A program made the translations under genes and the position numbers. Positions 16,501 to 24,161 of a DNA stretch of 33,245 bases are shown here, one piece after another. Numbering within the stretch: position 1 is the stretch's first letter; every line of letters begins with the position of its first letter. The stretch lies in the UHGV virus genome UHGV-0144531; one strand, given 5' to 3'. The notes under the pieces are model-generated. The model saw only the letters and a program-made list of their open reading frames with translations. It was not told the DNA's origin and did not search any database. The stretch is from a virus.

Positions 16501-16714
16501 CGACCATCAATATGACGGCGTTTATCAGTCATTGGTGTCACGCGCTTATTATCGCCTTGAAGGTGAACACGTAATGATGCGATCACGCCAGTTTGAACCG
16601 TGGCATGAAACGGTTTTACCTGTGACAGCGAAAGAAGTTATCACGATGTTTAATCACGGACATTGGAGCAAGATTGGCGATATTAAGTTCAGGATGTTTA
16701 AAGAGGGCGGTTAA
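16490..16714 (+). CDS. Hypothetical protein (74 aa)
   Basis: ORF in co-directional string. Confidence 0.4.
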   Translation: MGNSDHQYDGVYQSLVSRAYYRLEGEHVMMRSRQFEPWHETVLPVTAKEVITMFNHGHWSKIGDIKFRMFKEGG

Positions 16715-16897
16715 ATGATTGAAGATGGTATATACGCCGTGAACCTCATTGATGAAATGTTTTACCGCGTGGAGGGTAATGATATTCGTATCAGTATCGA
16801 TGGTGGCGAGTGGAAAGAGCCATTCATGGATATGACGCGGGAAATAATTGAAATCATGCTTTATAACGGCGACGTGGTGAAGGTTAGCGACCTGTGA
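16715..16897 (+). CDS. Hypothetical protein (60 aa)
   Basis: ORF in co-directional string. Confidence 0.4.
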   Translation: MIEDGIYAVNLIDEMFYRVEGNDIRISIDGGEWKEPFMDMTREIIEIMLYNGDVVKVSDL

Positions 16898-17070
16898 ACG
16901 AGATCGAAGACGGCATCTATTTGCATAAGGTATTTAACATCGTCTATTTACTTAAAGGTAATAAGGTGATGATAAGACCTGATGACGATCCACATTGGGA
17001 ATCAAGCGACATGGATCGGTGGCATATGCAAATGTTGTTTGATAATGGCCTGATATACAAAACTGCGTAA
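16894..17070 (+). CDS. Hypothetical protein (58 aa, GTG start)
   Basis: GTG overlapping upstream stop; shows the same EDGIY / RISIDGGEW-like pattern as 16715-16897. Confidence 0.25.
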   Translation: MNEIEDGIYLHKVFNIVYLLKGNKVMIRPDDDPHWESSDMDRWHMQMLFDNGLIYKTA

Positions 17071-17077
17071 GCCGTAT

Positions 17078-17106
17078 TTGTAGAGCGTAAACAAACGGAT
17101 TAAAAT
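17078..17106 (+). promoter_or_regulatory. Sigma70-like promoter, candidate late promoter (PR'-like)
   Basis: -35 TTGTAG (17078-17083), 17-bp spacer, -10 TAAAAT (17101-17106); a terminator lies about 30 nt downstream and the lysis cassette follows. Confidence 0.45.
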
Positions 17107-17134
17107 ATTTCCTAACAATGCGAAATTGTAATTA

Positions 17135-17157
17135 CCCGGCCCCCGCGCCGGGTTTTT
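17135..17157 (+). terminator. Rho-independent terminator (tR'-like) upstream of the holin gene
   Basis: cccggc-ccccgc-gccggg hairpin followed by ttttt. Confidence 0.6.
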
Positions 17158-17177
17158 GCTTTGTTGGAGGTAAATCT

Positions 17178-17378
17178 ATGTTCGACAGAATACGGGAGGC
17201 GTGCGCGTATGTGACTGGGGCCGTAACTGCTTTTTTCGGCGCGATAACCATCAATGACATTGCCGTCTTTGTGGGTATCTTATCAACCGTAGGCACATTT
17301 GCCGTTAATTATTACTTCAAATCACAGGAGAACAAGCGGGCGCAAGAGGAACACGACGCGCGAATGGGGAATAAGTAA
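17178..17378 (+). CDS. Holin (class II / pinholin-like, 66 aa)
   Basis: ATG 17178 with GGAGG RBS; two hydrophobic helices and charged C-terminus (YYFKSQENKRAQEE) like phage 21-type S; directly precedes the endolysin. Confidence 0.7.
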   Translation: MFDRIREACAYVTGAVTAFFGAITINDIAVFVGILSTVGTFAVNYYFKSQENKRAQEEHDARMGNK

Positions 17379-17867
17379 ATGATTAGCCAATCGCTGAAAA
17401 ACAAGATTGTTGCGGCGGCTGGTGGGGCGATCGCTATTGCGGCGGTGATGATAAAAGATCTTGAAGGCGTTGAGTATAAGCCATACAGAGATGTCATCGG
17501 TGTTTACACGATATGTTATGGACACGTCGGAAAAGACATCATGCTTGGTAAGACTTACACGCAATCAGAATGCGATGCTTTATTAAATAAAGATCTACAC
17601 AAGACCGCAAAAGCGATTGACCCATATATCAAAGTCGAAATATCAGATTTTACCCGCGCAGCACTTTATTCATTCGCCTATAACGTAGGCGCTACCAACT
17701 TCAAAACATCAACCTTACTAAAACTACTCAATGACGGCAAGAAATCAGAAGCGTGCGCACAGCTTAAACGCTGGGTATACGCTGGCGGTAAGAAGTGGCA
17801 AGGCCTGGTAAACCGCCGCGAGGTTGAATATGCCGTTTGCGAATGGGGGGAAACGTGGACAAGGTGA
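17379..17867 (+). CDS. SAR endolysin (T4-lysozyme-like muramidase with N-terminal signal-anchor-release domain)
   Basis: N-terminal Gly/Ala-rich weak TM ([16 protein letters not shown]) followed by catalytic E..D..T triad ([21 protein letters not shown]), as in P21 R and P1 Lyz. Confidence 0.85.
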   Translation: MISQSLKNKIVAAAGGAIAIAAVMIKDLEGVEYKPYRDVIGVYTICYGHVGKDIMLGKTYTQSECDALLNKDLHKTAKAIDPYIKVEISDFTRAALYSFAYNVGATNFKTSTLLKLLNDGKKSEACAQLKRWVYAGGKKWQGLVNRREVEYAVCEWGETWTR

Positions 17868-18325
17868 AGGCGTTAATTATCGCCGCTGTTGTTTGCATTA
17901 TTGCCGGACTGACCGCCGTAACATGTTATTACCAGGGTGAGGCGGCAAGGTTACAGGAAGAAGTCACGGTAACGAAAGGCGCACTGAAAACGGCAAGTAA
18001 CACTATTCAGCAGATGAAGGAGCGAAACGCCGAACTGTCAAAACTTGATAAGAGGTATCACGATGAGATTAAAGCTATCAGATCTGACATTGCCGATCTG
18101 CGCACTGGCATTGATAACGGCACTATCAGGCTGCGCGTCAACGCAATACCCGTGCGAGTGTCCGACTCCGCCGAATCCGCCAGCCGCATTGATGGAGCCT
18201 CCTGTAGACTCACTCCCGACGCTGAATCGGCTTATCTATCCCTCAGAGAACAACTAAAAACGAAAGACGCTCAGATTACTGGTCTTCAGGACTACATCAA
18301 AACTCAGTGCTTACGCAAAGAATAA
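17843..18325 (+). CDS. Rz-like i-spanin
   Basis: N-terminal TM helix ([17 protein letters not shown]) then coiled-coil periplasmic domain; embedded Rz1 in +1 frame; start uncertain (ATG 17843 or GTG 17855). Confidence 0.65.
   Translation: MGGNVDKVKALIIAAVVCIIAGLTAVTCYYQGEAARLQEEVTVTKGALKTASNTIQQMKERNAELSKLDKRYHDEIKAIRSDIADLRTGIDNGTIRLRVNAIPVRVSDSAESASRIDGASCRLTPDAESAYLSLREQLKTKDAQITGLQDYIKTQCLRKE
18063..18257 (+). CDS. Rz1-like o-spanin (outer-membrane lipoprotein) embedded in Rz
   Basis: Signal peptide with lipobox (LITALSGC), proline-rich mature region ([17 protein letters not shown]); entirely inside Rz in another frame. Confidence 0.65.
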   Translation: MRLKLSDLTLPICALALITALSGCASTQYPCECPTPPNPPAALMEPPVDSLPTLNRLIYPSENN

Positions 18326-18603
18326 CAGCGCGTGGACGTGTCGCCGTTTCTGCCAGCCAGCCATAACCAGGCCAATCCTTCCCGCGAGCGACGGCGGAAA
18401 TTCAAAAACACGTAATACCGGATCAACAGTCCCATTAACAGGTCAGGCGCTACCTGGGTAGAAGAAAGCGCCACCCACCTATTTTATAAAATTCTGAAAA
18501 CGGTACTCATGCAGCGCCGTTTTTAGTGTTTTATAGCTGTTTTCACTCCCTGCGGTGTCGAGTTTTGCGGGGGTTATATTTTTCAGAATAGGAGATTATT
18601 CTG

Positions 18604-19146
18604 ATGGCTAAGGCTAAAGGCATTAAGTTGCCTCACTTCAAGATCCCGCTTTTTGAGCATACCACTGTTTTCTTTTGCCCGACCCGCGAGATGTTCTATG
18701 AATTTTGCGAAAAGGCAGGAATTCCGATTGAACCTGATTTCGAGTTGGCTGGAGGATTAACGCTTACTTGCACTGGCGAGAATGGTGGTAACTTCTACGT
18801 GATCGCAGTATTCAACAATGAGTTGGGAACGCTGGTCCATGAATGCGCCCACACTACATTCCACGTTTTAAGTGATGTAGGCGTCGTGGCTACCACGGAT
18901 CCTACCCATCCGGCGAATGAGACTTACGCTTACATGGTAGACCGTATCTTCGATGCGTTTTTCCCTATCATAGCAGAATCAAACGAAGCACAGGTTGCAG
19001 CAATGCAGGCGGCAGAAGTCGTCGATCAGGCGCTGGAACAGGCAGAACAGCCGAAGGAAGAGGAAAAACCCGCGAAGAAAGGCAAACGTAAGCCCAAAGC
19101 AAAAGAAGCGTATGTGCCGCGCGTAATGAGCTTTAAACGAGGCTGA
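18604..19146 (+). CDS. Hypothetical protein with HExxH motif and Lys-rich C-terminal tail (180 aa)
   Basis: GTLVHECAHTTFH with Glu about 22 residues downstream (gluzincin-like spacing); tail EEEKPAKKGKRKPKAKE; GGAG RBS sits in the loop of a 7-bp hairpin (cagaata/tattctg). Confidence 0.55.
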   Translation: MAKAKGIKLPHFKIPLFEHTTVFFCPTREMFYEFCEKAGIPIEPDFELAGGLTLTCTGENGGNFYVIAVFNNELGTLVHECAHTTFHVLSDVGVVATTDPTHPANETYAYMVDRIFDAFFPIIAESNEAQVAAMQAAEVVDQALEQAEQPKEEEKPAKKGKRKPKAKEAYVPRVMSFKRG

Positions 19147-19148
19147 TT

Positions 19149-19238
19149 ATGGTTGCGTCAATATTAACGTTTATGGGTGGCGTGGCGTTCGGATTCATTA
19201 TTTGCCTGTTTATGGTGATTATGTCTATGCGAGGCTGA
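19149..19238 (+). CDS. Tiny hydrophobic peptide 1 (29 aa)
   Basis: MVASILTFMGGVAFGFIICLFMVIMSMRG; GAGG RBS; ATG overlaps upstream stop. Confidence 0.3.
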   Translation: MVASILTFMGGVAFGFIICLFMVIMSMRG

Positions 19239-19240
19239 TT

Positions 19241-19336
19241 ATGGACGCTTACATCATCGCCGGATTAATTGGTATTTCTGTATTTCTGGTGAGTTTTGTT
19301 ATTGCCGTACTGATAACCGTAAAAAGCAAGTATTAG
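19241..19336 (+). CDS. Tiny hydrophobic peptide 2 (31 aa)
   Basis: MDAYIIAGLIGISVFLVSFVIAVLITVKSKY; same cgaggctgattATGg junction as peptide 1. Confidence 0.3.
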   Translation: MDAYIIAGLIGISVFLVSFVIAVLITVKSKY

Positions 19337-19349
19337 ATGGGGTGGCAAG

Positions 19350-19424
19350 ATGATTGACCCGCTAATTATCCTTTCTGCCTGCGTCGCTGTATGGCTGGCG
19401 ATCATGATATTCATTGAAAGCTGA
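19350..19424 (+). CDS. Tiny hydrophobic peptide 3 (24 aa)
   Basis: MIDPLIILSACVAVWLAIMIFIES; G-rich RBS-like sequence upstream. Confidence 0.3.
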   Translation: MIDPLIILSACVAVWLAIMIFIES

Positions 19425-19517
19425 AGGTATTCACCATAAATATTTACGATCTCATCTGGTGGTCGTTGGTCGCCGTCATTATCTATTTCTGGTGGAAGAA
19501 TGTTGTATAGGTGAAGC

Positions 19518-19598
19518 ATGAACGCATACGAAATGCTATTGCTGGTGGCTGTTATTACAGTTATTGCCGTAGATGTTTATCGAGGGTTTAAAAGATGA
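19518..19598 (+). CDS. Tiny hydrophobic peptide 4 (26 aa)
   Basis: MNAYEMLLLVAVITVIAVDVYRGFKR; AGGTGA RBS. Confidence 0.3.
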   Translation: MNAYEMLLLVAVITVIAVDVYRGFKR

Positions 19599-19666
19599 GA
19601 GAAGCAGACTTCTTTTGCATGATTATAGTGATTGTCATCGTTGCGGTGCTTTTAAGTGTTAACTGA
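19595..19666 (+). CDS. Tiny hydrophobic peptide 5 (23 aa)
   Basis: MREADFFCMIIVIVIVAVLLSVN; ATGA overlap with peptide 4. Confidence 0.25.
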   Translation: MREADFFCMIIVIVIVAVLLSVN

Positions 19667-19683
19667 ATCGCAGGGGGTTAAAA

Positions 19684-19752
19684 ATGAAATGGCTTGATTT
19701 CTTTTTCCTGGTTGTCGCGATTGTTCTCACTATGGCGGCCTTGTCGCAGTAA
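19684..19752 (+). CDS. Tiny hydrophobic peptide 6 (22 aa)
   Basis: MKWLDFFFLVVAIVLTMAALSQ; strong AGGGGG RBS. Confidence 0.3.
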   Translation: MKWLDFFFLVVAIVLTMAALSQ

Positions 19753-19761
19753 GGCGAAAAG

Positions 19762-19848
19762 ATGAAAGAATTATTCGACTTTCTGGAAACAGCAACATAC
19801 TGCGCAACATTAATTGCGTGTTTATATATTCTGTGTAAATGGTTTTAA
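19762..19848 (+). CDS. Tiny hydrophobic peptide 7 (28 aa)
   Basis: MKELFDFLETATYCATLIACLYILCKWF; AAGG RBS. Confidence 0.3.
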   Translation: MKELFDFLETATYCATLIACLYILCKWF

Positions 19849-19858
19849 GAGGTGAAAT

Positions 19859-20344
19859 ATGGCCCGCACGAAAAAGGCAAAGGCTGAAGACAAAAAGCCA
19901 GCAGCCAAAAAGGTGGGCCGTCCACATGGCTATTCAGAAGAAAAGGCATTGGAGATCTGCGAGCTTGTGTCGGACGGCGAAAGCATTAACAAAATTTCGA
20001 AGATGCCTGGTATGCCTGCACGTTCAACAATCCTTAAGTGGTTCAGAGACGTGCCAGAGTTTTCGGACATGTATATGCGCGCGAAGGAGATCGGATTCGA
20101 GGTGTTAGCTGATGAGATCATCGACCTTGCTGACGCGCCAGAGAACATCAAAAAGGAAGAACTGAACAGACACCATTTGATGATTGAAACGCGCAAATGG
20201 CTATTGGCAAAACTGCAACCTCGTAAATATGGTGAACGCGTCACACAGGAAATCGTAGGCAACAGGGAAGAGTCGCCCGTACAGGTGGAAGTAACGAAAG
20301 AAGAAATTGCACGCATCGTTCAGGAAGTAGAAAACGAGGTGTAA
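19859..20344 (+). CDS. Terminase small subunit
   Basis: Basic N-terminus, HTH-like segment (GRPHGYSEEKALEICELVSDGESINKISK) and position directly upstream of the large terminase. Confidence 0.7.
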   Translation: MARTKKAKAEDKKPAAKKVGRPHGYSEEKALEICELVSDGESINKISKMPGMPARSTILKWFRDVPEFSDMYMRAKEIGFEVLADEIIDLADAPENIKKEELNRHHLMIETRKWLLAKLQPRKYGERVTQEIVGNREESPVQVEVTKEEIARIVQEVENEV

Positions 20345-20346
20345 TT

Positions 20347-21825
20347 ATGTTGACAATCAGAGAACGAATTATTCAGTCCAAATGTGAAAACGATGGCCTG
20401 TTTTTTAATCGCTACTTTTACAAGCAAGCGAACGGGACGAAGATGTTAATCTCAGGCCATCATTTAGCTATCCGCGACGCACTGCAACGCGTTATCAAAG
20501 GTGAGATAACCCGACTCATCATCAACATCCCCCCAGGGTACGGCAAAACCATGATCGCAACTATCAATATGATGGCGCGGTCACTCGCAATAAATCCCCG
20601 CACAAGATTCCTTCACGTTTCCTATTCCAACAACCTTGCGTTACTCAACTCCTCGACTGTAAGGAACATGATCTGTACGCCTGACTATCAGGCGATGTGG
20701 CCCATGAAGATCCGCAACGATGCCAACAGTAAATCGATGTGGTGGACTGAATACGGCGGCGGCGTGTATGCAACGTCATCACTTGGTCAGGTGACCGGGT
20801 TCCGTGCGGGGTACATGGAATCAGGATTTAATGGCGCGTTAATCATCGACGACCCATTAAAACCCGCTGACGCTTACTCTGACGTGGTGAGAAAGCAGGT
20901 GAACACCAACTATAACGATACGCTTGCATCGCGTCTGGCAGTGCAAACAACGCCTGTTATCGTCATCATGCAGCGCATCCACTACGATGATTTGTCCGGC
21001 TACCTGTTACGCGGCGGCAGTGGTGAAAAGTGGTATCACCTTAACCTGCCAGTGAAGATCGACAACAGCCTGGATTATTGGGATCTGTACCCTGAAAACG
21101 AGTTCGCCATTCCTATCGCTCACAACCTGCCGGACGGCTGGCTATGGCCTAAAAAACACAATGACACCCATGAAGCCGGACTGAAGGCGCACAGACGGTC
21201 ATTTGAAGCCCAGTACATGCAGCGCCCGCGTAAATTCGACGAAGAAGGCGCATTGTGGACTGAAGCAATGATAACCGCAGCACACCGAATGCAGATAACG
21301 CAGGAGAAAATCCGCACTGTGATAGCCATTGACCCGGCGACAACATCATCTGATGAGTCGGACGAAACGGGGATCATGGCATGTTCCGCTTATGGTGGTG
21401 GCAAGAATGCTCAGTATTCTGTTGATGGCGACTATTCAGGCCGTATGTCACCTAACGACTGGGCGCAGGCATCAATGAACGCCTACAACATCCATGAAGC
21501 TGACGCGATGGTTATCGAAACCAACCAGGGTGGTGATATGGCAGAGGCCACACTACGCAATGCCGGATTCAAAGGCCGCATTGTTAAGGTGCACGCAAGT
21601 AAAGGTAAATTCGCCCGCGCTGAACCAATATCGGCACTGTATGCACAAGGAAGGGTGGCACACACTGGTGAGCTATACACGCTGGAAAATCAAATGATGG
21701 AATACGTGCCAGCTACCGCCAAAAAATCCCCTGACCGTATGGACGCAATGGTATGGGGTATCACCGAACTAAGCCAGCCACAGGCAATGGGCCTTATGTT
21801 ACCTAAGCGCCTGCGCGGATTTTAA
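20347..21825 (+). CDS. Terminase large subunit
   Basis: 492 aa; Walker A-like PPGYGKT; acidic motifs in C-terminal nuclease region (AIDPA, ETNQGGDM); position. Confidence 0.9.
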   Translation: MLTIRERIIQSKCENDGLFFNRYFYKQANGTKMLISGHHLAIRDALQRVIKGEITRLIINIPPGYGKTMIATINMMARSLAINPRTRFLHVSYSNNLALLNSSTVRNMICTPDYQAMWPMKIRNDANSKSMWWTEYGGGVYATSSLGQVTGFRAGYMESGFNGALIIDDPLKPADAYSDVVRKQVNTNYNDTLASRLAVQTTPVIVIMQRIHYDDLSGYLLRGGSGEKWYHLNLPVKIDNSLDYWDLYPENEFAIPIAHNLPDGWLWPKKHNDTHEAGLKAHRRSFEAQYMQRPRKFDEEGALWTEAMITAAHRMQITQEKIRTVIAIDPATTSSDESDETGIMACSAYGGGKNAQYSVDGDYSGRMSPNDWAQASMNAYNIHEADAMVIETNQGGDMAEATLRNAGFKGRIVKVHASKGKFARAEPISALYAQGRVAHTGELYTLENQMMEYVPATAKKSPDRMDAMVWGITELSQPQAMGLMLPKRLRGF

Positions 21826-21904
21826 AATCTGCCTCACAACTACCAACAAGTTTTTTTTATTTTTCGCGTAGCAACGCGTAAACATGTATTCAGGAGTAAA
21901 CATT

Positions 21905-23275
21905 ATGCCATCCAATTTAGAATTGGCGGTTAATGCTGCCTTGTCTCAACGCCAGGCGGCCTTTGCCCGCTATGCAGCGGCACATCCGTTCACTATGGGG
22001 ATAGATGCCAAACGTGATGCTGCGTGGAGTGAATACGGATTTAAAGAAGAGATCACGTATCACGATCTATACAAACTGTACAGACGCGGCGGCATCGCTC
22101 ACGGTGCTGTAGAAAAGATTGTTACTACTTGCTGGCGCACCAAGCCAAAGATGATTGAAGGAACTGAAGACGAGAAAGCGAAAAAGGAAACACCGTGGGA
22201 AAGAGAAATCAAGAAGAAATTTAACAACAGATTTTGGCGCACTGTTGCTGAATGTGATCGCCGCCGCCTCATTGGTCGTTACTCTGGTCTGTTAATTCAT
22301 ATCAGAGATAACAAGCCGTGGGATCAGCCAGTGACAAAAGGCGTAGGCATTGCAAAATTTACCCCTGTGTGGGCTGGCGCTCTTACACCGAAGGACTTCG
22401 AAGAAAACCCGGATAATGAAAACTATGGCCTGCCAACGTGGTGGGAATACAAAGAACGCATTAACAGTAAGACCATTGCCAGAAAGATCCACCCTGACCG
22501 CATATTCATCTTTGGCGACTATTCTGATGATGTCATCGCTTTCCTTGAACCTTCCTACAACGCATTCGTATCACTGGAAAAAGTGGAAGGCGGTAGTGGT
22601 GAATCATTCCTGAAAAACGCAGCGCGTCAGCTTGCCATTTCGTTCGATAAAGAGATTGACTTCCGTTCCCTGGCTGCAACATACGATTGCGACGTTACAG
22701 AGTTACGCGAAAGATTCAATGAGGCTACGGCTGAAATGAATAAGGGTAATGACGTAATGATGGCGTTACAGGGTGCGACAGTAAGCCCGCTGGTTACTGC
22801 CGTATCTGACCCGTCATCAACCTATGACGTAAACCTGCAAACCGCCGCCGCTGGTGTTGATATTCCAACCCGCATCTTGGTTGGGAACCAGCAGGGAGAA
22901 CGCGCATCAACCGAAGACCTGCGTTACTTCAACAGCCGCTGCATGACCCGCAGGGAGGAAATCGGTGGCGAGATTGAAGATCTGTTCCGCAAGATGGCAG
23001 ATCTACGCCTTATCAGTATGCCAGTAGATGTATCAGTGCTATGGGACGACCTTAACGCCATGACCAAAGCAGAGCTACTGGAAGCCGCAGACAAGATGGC
23101 GCAAATCAATCAGGCTTGTTTGGCTACTGGTGAAGAAATATTTAGCGGCGATGAGATCCGCGAGGCTGCCGGATACGATGGCCCAGCCAGTGAAGTAGAA
23201 ACGGAAGAGGATGACGATGATGAAGGTGAAGAAAATAATCAGGCGAATACCTCCAGCCGCGATAATGCCATCTAA
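21905..23275 (+). CDS. Portal protein
   Basis: About 460 aa directly downstream of TerL; acidic C-terminal tail; ATG 21905 with AGGAG RBS. Confidence 0.65.
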   Translation: MPSNLELAVNAALSQRQAAFARYAAAHPFTMGIDAKRDAAWSEYGFKEEITYHDLYKLYRRGGIAHGAVEKIVTTCWRTKPKMIEGTEDEKAKKETPWEREIKKKFNNRFWRTVAECDRRRLIGRYSGLLIHIRDNKPWDQPVTKGVGIAKFTPVWAGALTPKDFEENPDNENYGLPTWWEYKERINSKTIARKIHPDRIFIFGDYSDDVIAFLEPSYNAFVSLEKVEGGSGESFLKNAARQLAISFDKEIDFRSLAATYDCDVTELRERFNEATAEMNKGNDVMMALQGATVSPLVTAVSDPSSTYDVNLQTAAAGVDIPTRILVGNQQGERASTEDLRYFNSRCMTRREEIGGEIEDLFRKMADLRLISMPVDVSVLWDDLNAMTKAELLEAADKMAQINQACLATGEEIFSGDEIREAAGYDGPASEVETEEDDDDEGEENNQANTSSRDNAI

Positions 23276-24161
23276 CACCGAAGACCCGACCATGACAGGG
23301 AAGTTAAGGTCGGGAGCTATTAAGCGTTTTAAAGCCTGCCTGAAGAAAGTTGCGGATCCGTATATCGCCATATTGGACAGAATCCAATATAGCCTGGCTG
23401 TTAATAAGAAATACACCTTTCAGATTTACATGGATGAATTTCACGACATGCTGGAGGACGCAAGCGACATGATTGATGAGATATTCGAGTTAACAGACCC
23501 GGAAAACTTCTGGTTCTGGCAGAATTACGTGAAGGTGGCCTATCAGCGCGGCACGGCACAGGAATATGCCAACCTCGCTAACCAGTCTGTCACGTACTCA
23601 AGCGTTTATCCCGATGTATCTGCCGTACTATCAAGCACAACCTACCGCACGCGCCTTGCCCTGGTCCGTACCCGTGTATTTGAGGAAATGCGCGGGCTGA
23701 CAGCACAGATCAAAAAGGATATGGCCCGCCGACTAACTGAAGGCATGGCCCGTGGTTTAAACCCACTGGAAATAGCGCGCACATTGAATCAGGAGACGCA
23801 ATTACCGCTATACAGGTGTAAACGTATTGCTCGAACTGAAATATGCACAGCGTTACGCACAGCGCGTATGGATGAGGCAGAAGCGGCGACAGAAGAATTT
23901 AATCTGCGCACTATGCAAATGCACATTTCGGCATTATCACCGACTACCAGGCTATCGCACGCGCAGCGGCACGGTAAAACATACACCATAGATGAGCAGC
24001 GCGAATGGTGGAGTAGATCCCCTAATTCAATTAACTGCAAATGTAGCACGATTACCGTATTAGTTGACGAAGACGGTAACATATTAAACGAACGAATATT
24101 AGATCGGGCGCAAGAAAACTATAAAGTTGCGCACGCTAAATATGGCGAAGATTGGGAGTAA
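23265..24161 (+). CDS. Putative head morphogenesis / minor head protein
   Basis: About 300 aa immediately after the portal gene, the usual position of Mu F / SPP1 gp7-like proteins; start uncertain. Confidence 0.45.
   Translation: MPSNTEDPTMTGKLRSGAIKRFKACLKKVADPYIAILDRIQYSLAVNKKYTFQIYMDEFHDMLEDASDMIDEIFELTDPENFWFWQNYVKVAYQRGTAQEYANLANQSVTYSSVYPDVSAVLSSTTYRTRLALVRTRVFEEMRGLTAQIKKDMARRLTEGMARGLNPLEIARTLNQETQLPLYRCKRIARTEICTALRTARMDEAEAATEEFNLRTMQMHISALSPTTRLSHAQRHGKTYTIDEQREWWSRSPNSINCKCSTITVLVDEDGNILNERILDRAQENYKVAHAKYGEDWE

Noticed and set aside
17118-17378. Longer holin ORF starting at ATG 17118
   Set aside because: The extension would be translated through the terminator hairpin and starts only a few nt from the predicted transcript 5' end. 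ATG 17178 with a GGAGG RBS is the better start.
19265-19519. 84-aa minus-strand ORF as the real gene in the tiny-peptide region
   Set aside because: No RBS or recognisable features, and antisense to seven plus-strand ORFs that each have RBS-like sequences and coherent hydrophobic products. It cannot be fully excluded without expression data.
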